64,000 bases of DNA, taken from contig NC_058368.1 of the NCBI RefSeq assembly GCF_018350175.1, forward strand, positions 176,578,001 to 176,642,000, written 5' to 3'. The translations under genes and the position numbers were made by a program. Of the stretch, positions 12,901-24,929 are shown piece by piece; within the stretch, counting starts at the first letter, position 1; each line of letters begins with the position of its first letter. The stretch comes from Felis catus. Lineage: Eukaryota. Under the pieces are notes generated by a model. That model was not told the DNA's origin, searched no databases, and saw only the letters and a program-made list of their open reading frames with translations.

Positions 12901-14442
12901 CAGAGTTTTTTTTTTAAATCTCAGTTTGAGAGGCAGTGAAAAAGAACACAGGCTTGCAGGCAGACAGATCTGGGTTTAAATTCTGTTTTGTCATTTCATA
13001 GCTGTGTGATGACAGTAAGGTCCATGCTTAATTTCTCTGGGTCTCCCCAACCAGGCCTAGAAAACTGGTGAGAGTCCTTACTGCCCTGCAGGACTGCTGT
13101 GAGGAGTTTTGAATTGGTGAGGTAAATTCATCAGACAGTGCCTGGCACTCAGTAGGTGTTCACTAAACACTTGGTCCCTCCAGCCACCTTCGTTCCTTTG
13201 ACAAGGAAGGGTTTCCGATGTCCTCTCACACCAGAGACATCTACTTGTGGGTCTGGAGGAAAACATCCGGACATGTTTGTCCATGGCGGGCTAGTGGTGA
13301 TCCTGGCCAGGAAAGGCCTCTTGAAAACCCTGGGGTCACCTTCCCTTGGTGACCAAGGGCAGAGGCCCATTTTTAAGCCATCCCGGCAGCGTCCCCATTA
13401 TGCACTGTGCCACCCCCTGAATGTTCCCCGGTCATCACCCCAGCCCAGCCCCTCCATTGATCTAAAAAGAGCCGGAGAAAATGGCATTTACCGCCAAGAG
13501 GACAGCAGGAAGCAACACTCCAGCTTCTCTGGCCGCCGAGATGACAGCTTCCAGCATTGGCAGCTTCCAGCAGATGGCATTCTGGCTGAAATTGTCAGCA
13601 GATTCCGCTCCACAGGGAAAGGGAATCGCCAACCGGGAAAGCGGTCTATTCTGTGCCCCTCCTTTCACAAGCAGCCTTTTACCGAGCTCCTGTTACGTGC
13701 CGGCAGGTGCCTCTGTTTATTTGATTTAGTCTGTGGGACAACCCTGGTTTTACCACCTTCATTTTCCAGTGGAGGAAATCGAAGCCGCCAAGCTGGGCAG
13801 TGGCATCCGAGGGCCAGGCTTGGGCCCTTCCTCCCACAGCCCACCCCTTCTCCAAGGCAGTCCCTTGTGACCGTCGGGAGCAGGGGTCATGGCCCTTGTT
13901 AAGGGTGATGAAAGCTATATGGGCCTCTGTCCCCCCCCAAAATACCCACCCTCCATGCACACAATTTGGCATTCAATTTCAGAGGCTTCCTGGGTGCACA
14001 TAACCTCTAACCTTAGACTGTGTGCCTCCAGCAAGAAGTTTCTGGTTCCAGTGACATTTGCCCAAGTCCACAATGTAAACCACCGCTGTTGGCTGTCGGA
14101 AGCAACATGGTGCGTGTGTGTGTGTGTGTTAGCGTGTGCTTTAGAGAGGAAAAGGCAAGGCTGGTATTTGGCAAGGCTTTCCTCCACCCAAGGCAGGATG
14201 AGAATATCCGTCTTTGGCAACAGGAAGTACCTTTGCCATTGGTGGGTTTGAAAGTGGGCTAGAAAAAAAAAAAAAAAAAAACAACCAACCTCCCCTCACC
14301 TCTGCCAAATGGGGCAGTGACATGCGCCCAGGAGACAGACGCCAGCGTAATGGGACTTTGTTCTCTGTTTCAGCGGCCTGGGAGGCCAGCGCCCAGGATG
14401 GAAGGGGGCCAGCCCACATGGGAAACCGCCACCCTGCTCCTC

Positions 14443-14498
14443 CCCTCCCCTCTTCTTTGCAAACAAAACTCCCTCCCCTCTTCTTTGCAAACAAAACT
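14443..14498. repeat. Perfect 28-bp tandem duplication (ccctcccctcttctttgcaaacaaaact x2)
   Basis: Units 14443-14470 and 14471-14498 are identical. Confidence 0.95.
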
Positions 14499-14968
14499 CG
14501 GTCACCCCAGTGCAGCCGGGAAGGTCCCACACTCCTGTCAGCAGCTGCAAAGAGCCTGGGGAGGGGAGGGAGGCCAGAGGTCAGGCGACACCGCTTGTTG
14601 GGAGAAAAGCCTGCTCCTTCTAGGCCTAAGTGGCAGCCCTCTTTGCTCAAGTGGGCTCAGATGCGCCAAGTTCCCAGGGGGTGAGGTCATCCCAACTCCC
14701 CCTCGGGTGCTCAGTGGAGTCAAGATTTCCTGGTCCGTTCTGACCCTCTGCCGGGCCCCTGCGCTGGGGTCTCTTCTTGATAAACTGCCCCAGGAGACTC
14801 TGACCTTAGAGGTGCCAGCTCCCACAGTTAGGGCCCGGAGTGGGGGATGTGCCCTCATTCTTTCTCAAGTACATCACTTCCTCCTTCATCTGACATTTAT
14901 GGAGCATGCGCCCCATGCCAGGGCCTGCATTGGCTGCAGGGACACGTGCACTAACAAGCAACCGCAGT

Positions 14969-15008
14969 CCCTGCCCTGCCCTGCCCTGCCCTGCCCTGCC
15001 CTGCCCTG
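14969..15008. repeat. (CCCTG)8 pentanucleotide repeat inside an L2 remnant
   Basis: Eight perfect units read directly. Confidence 0.95.
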
Positions 15009-18000
15009 TAACTGAGAGGCCAGCAGGGGGACGGACGCAGACACCAGGACAGCACGGGGTGGGTGGTAGGGAGGGCTGGGGCCATGGGGACACTTCTCAG
15101 AGGAGCCACTCTGCAGACTGAGGCAGAAATGGCTGGAAGGAGGGTAGGGATGGGGAAGTGTGTTTGATGCAGGGGGAATAGCACAGGCAAAGGCCTGGAG
15201 GTGAGAATGAATGGAATGCACTTAAGGAACTATAAGGAATATAGGGCCGAAGGGAGCAGGGAGGCTGGAGGAGGGAGTCAGGGGCTGCATCACAAAAGGT
15301 CTTAAAGGCCGTGCTGAGGGGGTTAAATTCCTCAGGGGACCACTGAAGTGTTTGGAGCTGGTAGGAACCCTGAAGGATCCACCTCTCCCAAGATCCACCT
15401 CTTCAAGCCCAGTTTCTTCCCATGGAAACTGTCCCTGTCTCTCTTCCTGCCTATCAGAATGACCTAGCATGGCGGGAGTAAGAAAACAGTCCAGGTTTCA
15501 AATGTTGCTGCCAACTGCTGGTACAGTCTTGCCCCTGCTCGGCACCTGCTTCTCCTCCAGGCAGCCCCTGGCACCTACCTGCTGATAAGCTGGCTGAGTC
15601 TGCCAACTTTCTCCTTCTCTGCCTTGAGGGCAGCCACTCTTCTGGCCTGGGTGGAGCCCAGAAGCCTGACTGCTCACTAACCTGTAGGGCCCCATCCTGA
15701 CTTTGTGGAACAGTAGATCCACTGGTCCTGCTTCTCAGGGTCAAAGCGATGCTGGAGAAGGAGGAGACTCTCCTTGAACCGTGCTGTCCTGGCTCCTAGA
15801 GCTGAGGAAATGTTCCTCGTGAGCCCCACCGCTGGGCAATGTTTGCTGGCCCTGAGGGGTGGGGAGCCCAGCTCTGGCACAGTGAACGTGCTTGCCATGT
15901 GGTCCATTCACCCCTCACCACCTCCTGCCGGGTGGCTTCCAGAGGAGGAAACCGAGGCCCAGAGAGGTGGACATCCTTATGAGGGCCAGCAGCCTGTGAG
16001 GGCAGGGTCTGTTTTCAGATCTGGTCCTGACTCCAAAGGCTGCATCTTTCCTGTTTTATGCCTCACTCCACGCCAAGGTCTCTTGCTTCCCTCTGGATAT
16101 GCCAGAAAAAAGCTAGATGATGCACAAGCAGCTTAAGCCACCTTCTGGGAAAGGAGTGTAGTGATGCCCTGACTTGGTTTCAGGGAGGGATGGGGGGGGG
16201 GGTGGAGGATATCATCAATCAGCTTGTTTTGAGCGGCTCAAAGGCCACAGTTTGGCGGAACTTGAGATGAACAATAAGCAGCATCTAAAAAAGGAAAGCG
16301 GGTGACTGATTACAGCAGGGCAGGGAGGGAGCCCCAGTGCCTAATGTCCCCAAGGCCTCAAAAAGGAACTGGGGGTGGGACCTGATGAGCGAGACAGACC
16401 TTCCAGGGGGCAATGCAGAGACTGAAACTTGGCCTACATTCACCAGACCTCCTGTGATCCTTCTGGGTGAGGTAACTGCTACCAGACCCATTGCCAGTGA
16501 GGCAGGGGGGCTCAGGGAGGTTGGGAGAGCTGCCCAAGGCCACACAGCCAGGAAGTGATGGAGTTAGCATTTGAACCCCTACTAGCCTGGCTCCACAAAG
16601 CTAGGAAGAAGAGGCTATGGCTGCTTCAGGCAAAGCGTAGAAGCCGTCCCTGCGGGGAAGGAACAGGGTTCCCACACGGTGCCCCGCACACAGTGTGGGT
16701 CCTCAGCTAAAGTTTCCTTCCCTGCCATGCTGGACTCTGAGGCTCGCCAAGAAGTGACTCTGGAGGGTGCCTCTGCCACTCTGCCTCCTTCTCTGAAGAT
16801 CTAGCTTTCTCCTTTCCCTCCACCTCCTCCATCATGCTGACCATCCTCCGAATCCCCGAGGGCTCATGGGAGTAGGTGAGTGAGGACTGAGGATGCCGGA
16901 GGAAGCCTGTGTGGCTCCGGAAAGAGCTGGCTCAGGATTCCACTCAGATGGGAAGCCAAACTCCATGCATGCCCTTGACCTTTATGCAGAACTGCTTCTC
17001 TGGCCATCCAGCGGGTACTTCAGTGATCTATCACGGGGACCTGAGAGGAACAGGACTAATGGTCCTACTGTTCCTCCCCACCCCAGCCTCCTCAACCCCG
17101 TCAATTTCAGGAGCGCAGACCCCTTTGCCTTCAGGGAGACTTCTGGAGTCCTTGTCTTGTGTTGGGCTCAGACTTCCCACGCAGTTCCCTATCTGTACCT
17201 CATTGCCTGACCACAAAGGAGGTAGCATCATTATCCCCATCTTAGAGACGAGAAAGTGGAGGCTCAGAGAGGGAAATGACTTGCCCAGGGTGACACGGGT
17301 TAGATAGAGTAGAACTATTTGAACTCAAGACTGCCTCCAAAACCGTGCTCTGTCCATCACCTCTCTTGGGATTCCAGTCAAAGACCTCATCTGTAATTGC
17401 TGTGTGACCCTGCACTCTGGTCCCGGTGTCCCTATCTGCCAAATAGGAAGTAGGTTCCAAGCTCCCTCCGGTCCTAGGAACAGAGTCCCTGGGGGACTTC
17501 TCTGCAGGGATGAAGGTCTGGGCCATCCTCAGAGTCAGGGAAATTCCGCTGTCCCATCTCCTGACCTTGAATTGCCCCCAAACCTTGAGGGGAAGGGAAG
17601 CTCTTGGGTGGAGTGGAAAGTTACCAGGCAGACCCAGCTTTGGAGATACAGGGTATGCATGTGCCCACCCAGCTCTTAAATCCATCATCCTTGGGGGGAA
17701 AAGGAAAGAAAACACGTGCCCAAGGGATATAACTGTAATATAAACAATGTGTAATGTTGAAGGCATAAACAGAATACACTTGTTAATAGCTGTGGGCATC
17801 CTGCCAAGTGCCAATCCTGCCCCAGATACCCCCACTCACCCATTTCCCCAAATGGCTTACTCATAAAAGAACTTTCTCCCCACCGCCCAGAGGTGAGGCA
17901 AGAGGCCAGCTGAGTCCCAGTAGTAAGAATGCAGAGAGAAAAAGAAACAAGGGTGAGCTGGGACTGATGTCCAAGGACGACTGTCCCAAACCCCGCTCAG

Positions 18001-21000
18001 AAATATCTGTCACTGAGTCTGCGGAAATGCTGAGGCTGGGCGACTAGGGGTGGGGAACAGACCCAGGCGGCTTCATCTGTCTGTGCCTTACTTCCTGAGC
18101 TATAAAATGGGCCCAAGACCTTCCAAGCCACAGAACTGTCCGGAGGATTATAGAAATGAAAGATTGTGAAGGGGCCTGCAGGCGTTCAGCAGATGAACAG
18201 TGGATAGCACACCCCATAAGACCCCGAGGTCAAAGGGCACCTTCATGAACCATTCATCCTGGATCCATGTGATGCTCAGTTGCTTCTACAATGTCCGTTT
18301 CAAGTCCCAGCTGGGCTAAACACCAGTGCCACTCCAGCAAAGGGCACTTGTTCCTCACTGCTCTCATTCCGCCTGCAGACTGCTTCCACAGTTAGAAAGT
18401 TCTTCCTTTGACTCAGCTGATACCTGCCTCCACATGATGTCCACACACTGGTCATGTCTACATTTGATCCACAGTACCGTTTCCCATCAGGTCTGCTCTC
18501 TGACCTCAGGCTATGTTGCAGGGGATTCTTTGCTCTCCCCGAGATGACCTGGCCCTTGCTTTGTTGTCTAGAAAGCCCTCAGGACATCACCTGTCCCCTG
18601 ACCTGCTTTGAAAGGGGGTTGGAGATCTACACAACAGACGTCAGGGAATATCAGCTGGGATCGGCTCAGTAAACCCACAGGCCACCTGGAGACTGTCCCC
18701 ACCCTGCCACGCCTAGAGGCAGGACGTGAGACAGACAACTACAGAAGTAGGTGAACGCACTAAAAACCCGACCTGCGGGATTTCTAAATGCTTACAGATT
18801 TCTGCTCAATACTATGAAGGCTCCTAGTGCAAATGTGAACCGCCTCCCACCTGACCCCCCACCCTGACTCAGCAGTCACCCTTCCCGCACAAACATCCTC
18901 TCCTTCTAGCAGGAATCCTGTGGGACTACCCTTGCTGTGTGCCCTTGGGCAAGTTATTTCCCTCTCTGTCCTCTTTGTTCCCTCACCAGTTGTAAGGGAC
19001 TAACAGTAATAGCTCTCTCATGGGGCTTGTTCGGAGGGTCAAGTGCAGGCACCTACTTAGAACTCTGGCTGGCACAGACGGGCTGTGTGATACAAGTTAG
19101 CGGTCATTGTTCTTCTGAGTCTGTCTCCCTCAGGAGCACAGGGCTCAGCATAGAGGAGGGGCTTGTGTCCCCAGGAAGCCCATAATCCTAACAGGCACCC
19201 CATGTGAGCACTTCCTATCTGCCAGACGCTTTGCATGCCTGGGGCTACGATTAAGAGGAGGACGTGGGACCAGGACCACAGCCTGTGCTGTTACCAACTC
19301 TGCTGTGGGTGGATGACAGCACAGCAGGGAGACAGGATGCTTGCTCCTCACCTGCAGGAAAGCCTGGGTGCTGGACGACAAAGGGTTCTCGCCCTAGCCC
19401 CGTGCCCTTGCTGACTGATTGGTGGGGCTGCCTCTGGGCGGGAAGGGCCTGTGAATAGCCGGACTCAGGGGAGAGGGTGTGGGTGCACCGTGACCCCTGC
19501 CGATGGCAGGTGGGAGTGGCCGACTGCAGGCCAGTTTTTACCAGGCAGAAACGTCAGGAGCCTAAGCCTGGGGGAAAGGGTGAGGAGCTCAGGTTCCCCC
19601 TCCTCCAGGGCAGGATTCCCAGAGGTCAGCTTTTGAGTCTCCAGGCCTGGAGGGAGGGAGGGAGGGAGGGAGAGATGAGGGGGATGGACCTTTTCCATGG
19701 GCAGCTTCATTCTGTCCATGGGAAGGACAGCTTGAGAGGGGTGGGGCTCAGGATGAGGACAAAGGGCAGCAGCCCCAAGATGCCTTGGGGAGCAGTGCCC
19801 CTTGGTGATGGAGGAGAAGGAGCTTTGGAACTGGGCAGGCCTGTGGTCAAATTCCACTCTGCCAACTTCCTGGCTGCCTGTCCCAAGGCAGGTCTCGTTT
19901 CTCCTCTGAGCTCAGTTTCCTCATCTGTGAAATGGGAAACTACTTCTGGAAGGCTGGTCCTGACGGCTGAAATAGGAATGAAATAGATAAAGGGCCCGGT
20001 ATGGGGCAAGCATGCTGAAGATCTGACTGCTCTACTATAGCCCGGGTGAGCGCTTACTACCTACAGGGCTGCACCCAGGCCTCCTTCCTTTCCCCTCTCT
20101 GCTTGAAGCACAGCCCTGGCTTCTGGGCTTCTATTTTAAGCCCTCATAGAGCACCACTAAATACAGAAAATGCTTTGGTCCAAAAGAGGGCAGAGCTGAC
20201 CCTTCTTGTCTGCAGGGAAGATTAAACAGTCCTTCCAGCCAAGCCCAGTGAAAATGCTATGCCCCTGCTGGCAAACTCGGCACATCATCCCGGCAGGGAG
20301 CGTGGCAGCTAAGAAATCTAAGCCTCCTGACTGCGGGCTGGCCTGCAAGAAACCATCCCCTCCTCTCACATGGCCTCTGCCCGCCCCTGACTCCACATAC
20401 CACCCCGGCTTGCACTGGGATCCCCAGAATGCCACAGTTCCCCCCCCATATGCCCTGCTCTCCCTCCACTCGGGCCTCTGTCTTAAACAGCTTTCCTTCC
20501 CTTGACTAACTTCTCTGCTTTCTGGTCTCACTGGACAGCACCTCCTCCAGGAAGCCTTCCTGCCTCCTGTTCTGGGCTATCACGGCCCCCAGGGTCCCCC
20601 TCCCCCACTTACTATAACTGCTCCGTCCTTGTTGGTCTTTCCCACTAGACCTCGCGTCCCTCAATCCAGACTGTGACCCCAGGCTCAGCACAGAGCCCAG
20701 CCTGGAGGTCTGGTGAACAAACGAAAATGGCAAAATGCAACCTGCCAAGAAGATTCTTCTCGTCAGAAATCTGGTGTCCTGGACAGAGCTGAAGAACGCT
20801 TAGGAATTGCTGCTGTCAGTACGCATGAAAGGGACGCCTCCCAGTCGGGCCCCTGGATTCAAGGCTGGTGGTCACCTGGGACAGAGCTTTCAAGGCAGGA
20901 AGTGAAGGGCAACAATAACCATGATAGCAAAAGCCCCAGGCATTGTGCCAAGACTACCTGCCCTATTCCATTTAATTATCGCCGCCGCCAATTACGAGGG

Positions 21001-21216
21001 AGCTACCCCCGTCGTCCCCGTATCGCAGTGAGGAAACAGAGGCACAGAGAGAGACCTTGCCTGAAGTCACTCCCCTAAGAAATGGCTGAGCTTAGATTTG
21101 AAACCAGGCATCCTGACTCCGAGATCTGTGTTCTAGACCCAGCACCAGACCTCCCACTGCTGTAGACCAGTGAATGGTCTCGTCACAACTCTTAATCACT
21201 GCAGCCCACGGAGCCC

Positions 21217-21217
<1 letters not shown>

Positions 21218-21263
<46 letters not shown>

Positions 21264-21271
21264 GCACACAC
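21218..21271. repeat. (CA)n microsatellite
   Basis: Long AC run with a few CG interruptions at the 3' end. Confidence 0.95.
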
Positions 21272-22164
21272 AACTGAAACCAAGTTCATGAAGCAAAAAC
21301 ACTCCTTACTACCTCAATGCACTTGATGTGTTCTTTTTTATTCTGTTCTATTTTTAAAGCTGGTCAGATATGACCCCCAGTAGACAGAGCACTTGGTCTG
21401 GTGGCCAGGCCTCATTTGGGGGAACTGGGCACCACCCCTCCCCCTCTGAGGCACAGGGTAGCAACAGCTTGTGCTCTCCATCGAGACAACCAGCTATTTG
21501 TCCTATTCTGTTAATGCATCCTATATCCTCTTCCACTAGAGGCCAGCTCGATGGGGACCTCCAGGGGCTGTCCATCCCATTCAAGCTGAAACCCCAGGGC
21601 CTGGGACGTGACAGGTGGCTAAAAGATGTCAGCTGAATCAGTGAAGGTGCACACTCCGGAAAACGCAGAGCAGGACAGACCCGAGTCCCTCCAGCTTGGG
21701 CACATGGAGAGATGTTGCCTCCCTGTAAAATGGGGTAACTATAGCCCCTCTAAAGGGTTGTTACAAGGGTTTAAGATAGATAATGTGGGTAAAGGCCCTG
21801 ACTCAGAGTTTGGCACAGAACAAGGTCAACACACGTCCTTCACTCCAACCTCTAGGATGCCTAACTATTGAACTAACACTAAAAAGGTCCATTGACTTGG
21901 TCAAGCACAGACCAACTTAATGATTAAACCCAACTGGCAGTTTGAATTCAGTCTCTTGTCCAACCAGAACTATGCGTGAGCTCGAGAGGCGAGCTGAGGG
22001 AGGGGTTGCAATGAACTGGTAGAAGAAGGGGGAAGAGCCCCCCCTGCCCCAGAATTCCAGTCTCCCCTAACCCCACTTGTTTATACTCTTCTTATTTTTC
22101 TTTACAAAACCCAGATTAAGGGAAACGGAATCCAGAGAAAAGGGCCGGGGGTATCAGGAATAAG

Positions 22165-23070
22165 ACAGACCTGGGTCTTCTAACCCCAGCTTTGCCACTG
22201 CCTAACTGTGTGAGTTGCATCGAGTGTTGGTAACCTCTCTGTGCCTCAGTCTCCTCATCTATAAAATGGAGACGAATGGCATCTTACTTTGCAGTACTGA
22301 ACTGCAACGGGTAACGCACACAGTAGGAACTTAGCAAATGTGAATTCCCTTGCTGACTCCTGGACCGTTCCATTTATAGGGCATTCCTCTGAATGTGCCC
22401 TTTGTGAAGATTACCAAGGGGCTTCCCTACAGCGATCATAAAGGACCTTCCCTTTCTTTGGCTTGTCATCACTGCATACAATAACATACCATAATTACTC
22501 GGGGGGCCCCAACCGATGTCTGAACCATGGGTTGGGGGGATGCTGCATGTCAGAGGAAGAATGCGGCCCTTTGGAGCTAAATAAACCCGGATTCCAGTCC
22601 TGGTTCTACCAACTGGATGAGCCGTGTGAACTGGGGTGAGTCATTTTATCTCCCTGAGCCTTAGTTTCCTTATCTGTAGATGGAGATGATGATCTCTACC
22701 TTGCAGGGCTGTTGCAAGAATTAAATTCATCGATTCATTCAACAGATATTTACCGAACAGCTATGCACTAGCCACTGCTCCAGGTGCTGAATATACAGCG
22801 GTACATAAAACACACAAAATCCTCCCTGGGGAGACAGATGATGAAACAGCTAACTACACATACAGTGTGGCACATGGTGATCATGCTATGTAGAAACACA
22901 GAGTGGGGGAAAGTAAGTGGGGCGTGCCGGGGGCAGGGGCAACGCCAGGACCCACATGGGAGCAGGGACCTAAAAGAAGCAAGGGGGAAACCATGTGGAG
23001 GTCTGGGGGAAGAATGTTCCAGGCAGAAGGATCAGCAAGTGCAGGAGCCTTAAGGGGGAGCATGCTTGGC
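22165..23070. mobile_element. Cluster of MIR (about 22165-22340 and 22570-22725) and L2 (about 22725-23070) remnants
   Basis: MIR cores (aacctctctgtgcctcagtctcctcatctataaaatgg; ctgagccttagtttccttatctgtagatgg) and an L2 end (attcattcaacagatatttaccgaac...aatgttccaggcagaagg). Confidence 0.7.
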
Positions 23071-24929
23071 ATGTAAATGAAGCCACATATGCAGGAAGCC
23101 TGGCATGGAACCCAGGTGCTTAGCAAATGCCAGCTCTCTATTTCAAGTCCCATAGAAGGAACCCCACGCATGTGTCCTTTTCCTGAGAACGAAAGCACCA
23201 GGATTTCTACAGGGCAGGACTGAGCCAAGCATTCTTTCAGCCTAGGATGCAGGCAACATGTGAGCTCTACCACCGGTTTTTGAGCCCCTGCCAGCCACTA
23301 GGCTCTGGGTTGGGCAACCAGGGATCCAAGATAATCAAGACATGGTTTCTGTCCTCAGGCAGCCTCAAGGCAAGTTGTGGAGAGGGGCGACGGCAATGCA
23401 ACGTGGTCAGGTGGACAAGCAGAGACTTAAGAAGGTATCTAGGGAGCCTAGCAAAGGGTGGGATTGGGTGTGGGTGTTCAAGGAAGGCTTCCTGGATACG
23501 GTGACAAGTAAGCTGAATTGTAAGAGATGGACTAGACAAGAAAGGCTATTCCAAGTGTGGGGAGCGGCATGTACTGATCACAGAGTTGTAAAGAATGGCC
23601 CGGTGTATGTGAGAGACTAATTACAGAACAGGTTGGAAAACAATTAATGGCCCTTCGTATTCTCAGTGCCAGCAACTACGCTCCCCTTCCTCCAACTCAG
23701 TGCAAGCTTCAGCCCCGTGGGGAGTTTTAATTTTTCACACTTAGCTACTGCAGCAGGTAATAACCTTAACCCCCCAGCTCCTTGCCCAGGATGGCCCAGT
23801 CCACACAGCAAGAGCCCAGTGGGATGGAGAATATATAAATCTCAAGGTATTTTTAGCCTGCCTGGCTGTGTCTGTCCCTTCACCCACCCTAAAGCTGACC
23901 CACAGGTGGCACAATGTTTTTTTTTTGTTTTTATATGACTAGAATAGCATCAGTATTTTTTTATTAAGAAATCCTACAAAGGGGCCCATGATGCAGCCAG
24001 GTGTCTTTGTGGCCAGGAGAATATCTGCTGCCACCTTTGTCGGCATCCCTGGGTACCTCCGGACTAGGTGGGTGGACTCTCCCATCCCCATCCAGCCAAC
24101 ATCCCTGCTCATAGGAGATCGAGGCCACCCTCCAGTAAGTGGACCTGGGTTCAAATCCCACCTCTGCCTCTGGCTAGCTGATGACCCCCTGCTGGTGACT
24201 TCACCTGGCTGAAAATCTTGGGGGTTTTGAGCACAATGGCCCTCACGCTGCCCAGAAGCTTAGAAAGTAGGAGTTGGCTCTTCTTCCATAAAGCAACCTT
24301 GGGAATCCCGAGCACAGCATCACCCATTTCAACCCCCTCCAGGGGAGGAAACAATTATTTTTTTGATATAAAGCCTAGAAAGGGGGGCTATATGGGAGTG
24401 TTAGAGCACAAACCAGTGACGTGTCTCTGCTCCTAAAACCTCACACTAAATTTGCCCCACAGCCAGATGATTTGCTACCCCACTGAGCTGGGCCTTTGTA
24501 CTTTAAAAATACACACATCTCTCACTTTGTGCCTAAAGGATGCTACCAATGCCCAGCCTTAAGCCAAAATAAGGGCTTTTTCTAAAGACTTGGGGTGGGG
24601 GGATGGCCGGGCAAGCAGAACAGGTTCAATCCAGATTACCCCCTCTTAGCGGTATGACCTTGGGTGAGTCATTTCTCCTCTTCTGAGCCTCAATTTCTTT
24701 ATTTGTAAATTTGGGATAAATATCTTTATAATGAAAAGCTACTTTGTATGCCGAGCTGGGGTATGCAAAGCGCTGGACACAGAGCCGCCTGGCACAGTGA
24801 TCTGCTTCCCAAATTACCAGGTATTCTCTAGTAAGGCCCCCTCTGCTCCCCATCTTCCACTCTCCCACCCCCTCCCCGCCCCCCCCATCCCCTTACTCTG
24901 GCCCGGAGATTCTATCGTGATGTTAACTA

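Noticed and set aside
13156..15015. Long plus-strand ORFs (248 aa, 232 aa, 156 aa) as a nested antisense gene
   Set aside because: No recognisable domain or codon bias; they start or end in MIR/L2 or simple repeats, and no coherent splice structure is evident.
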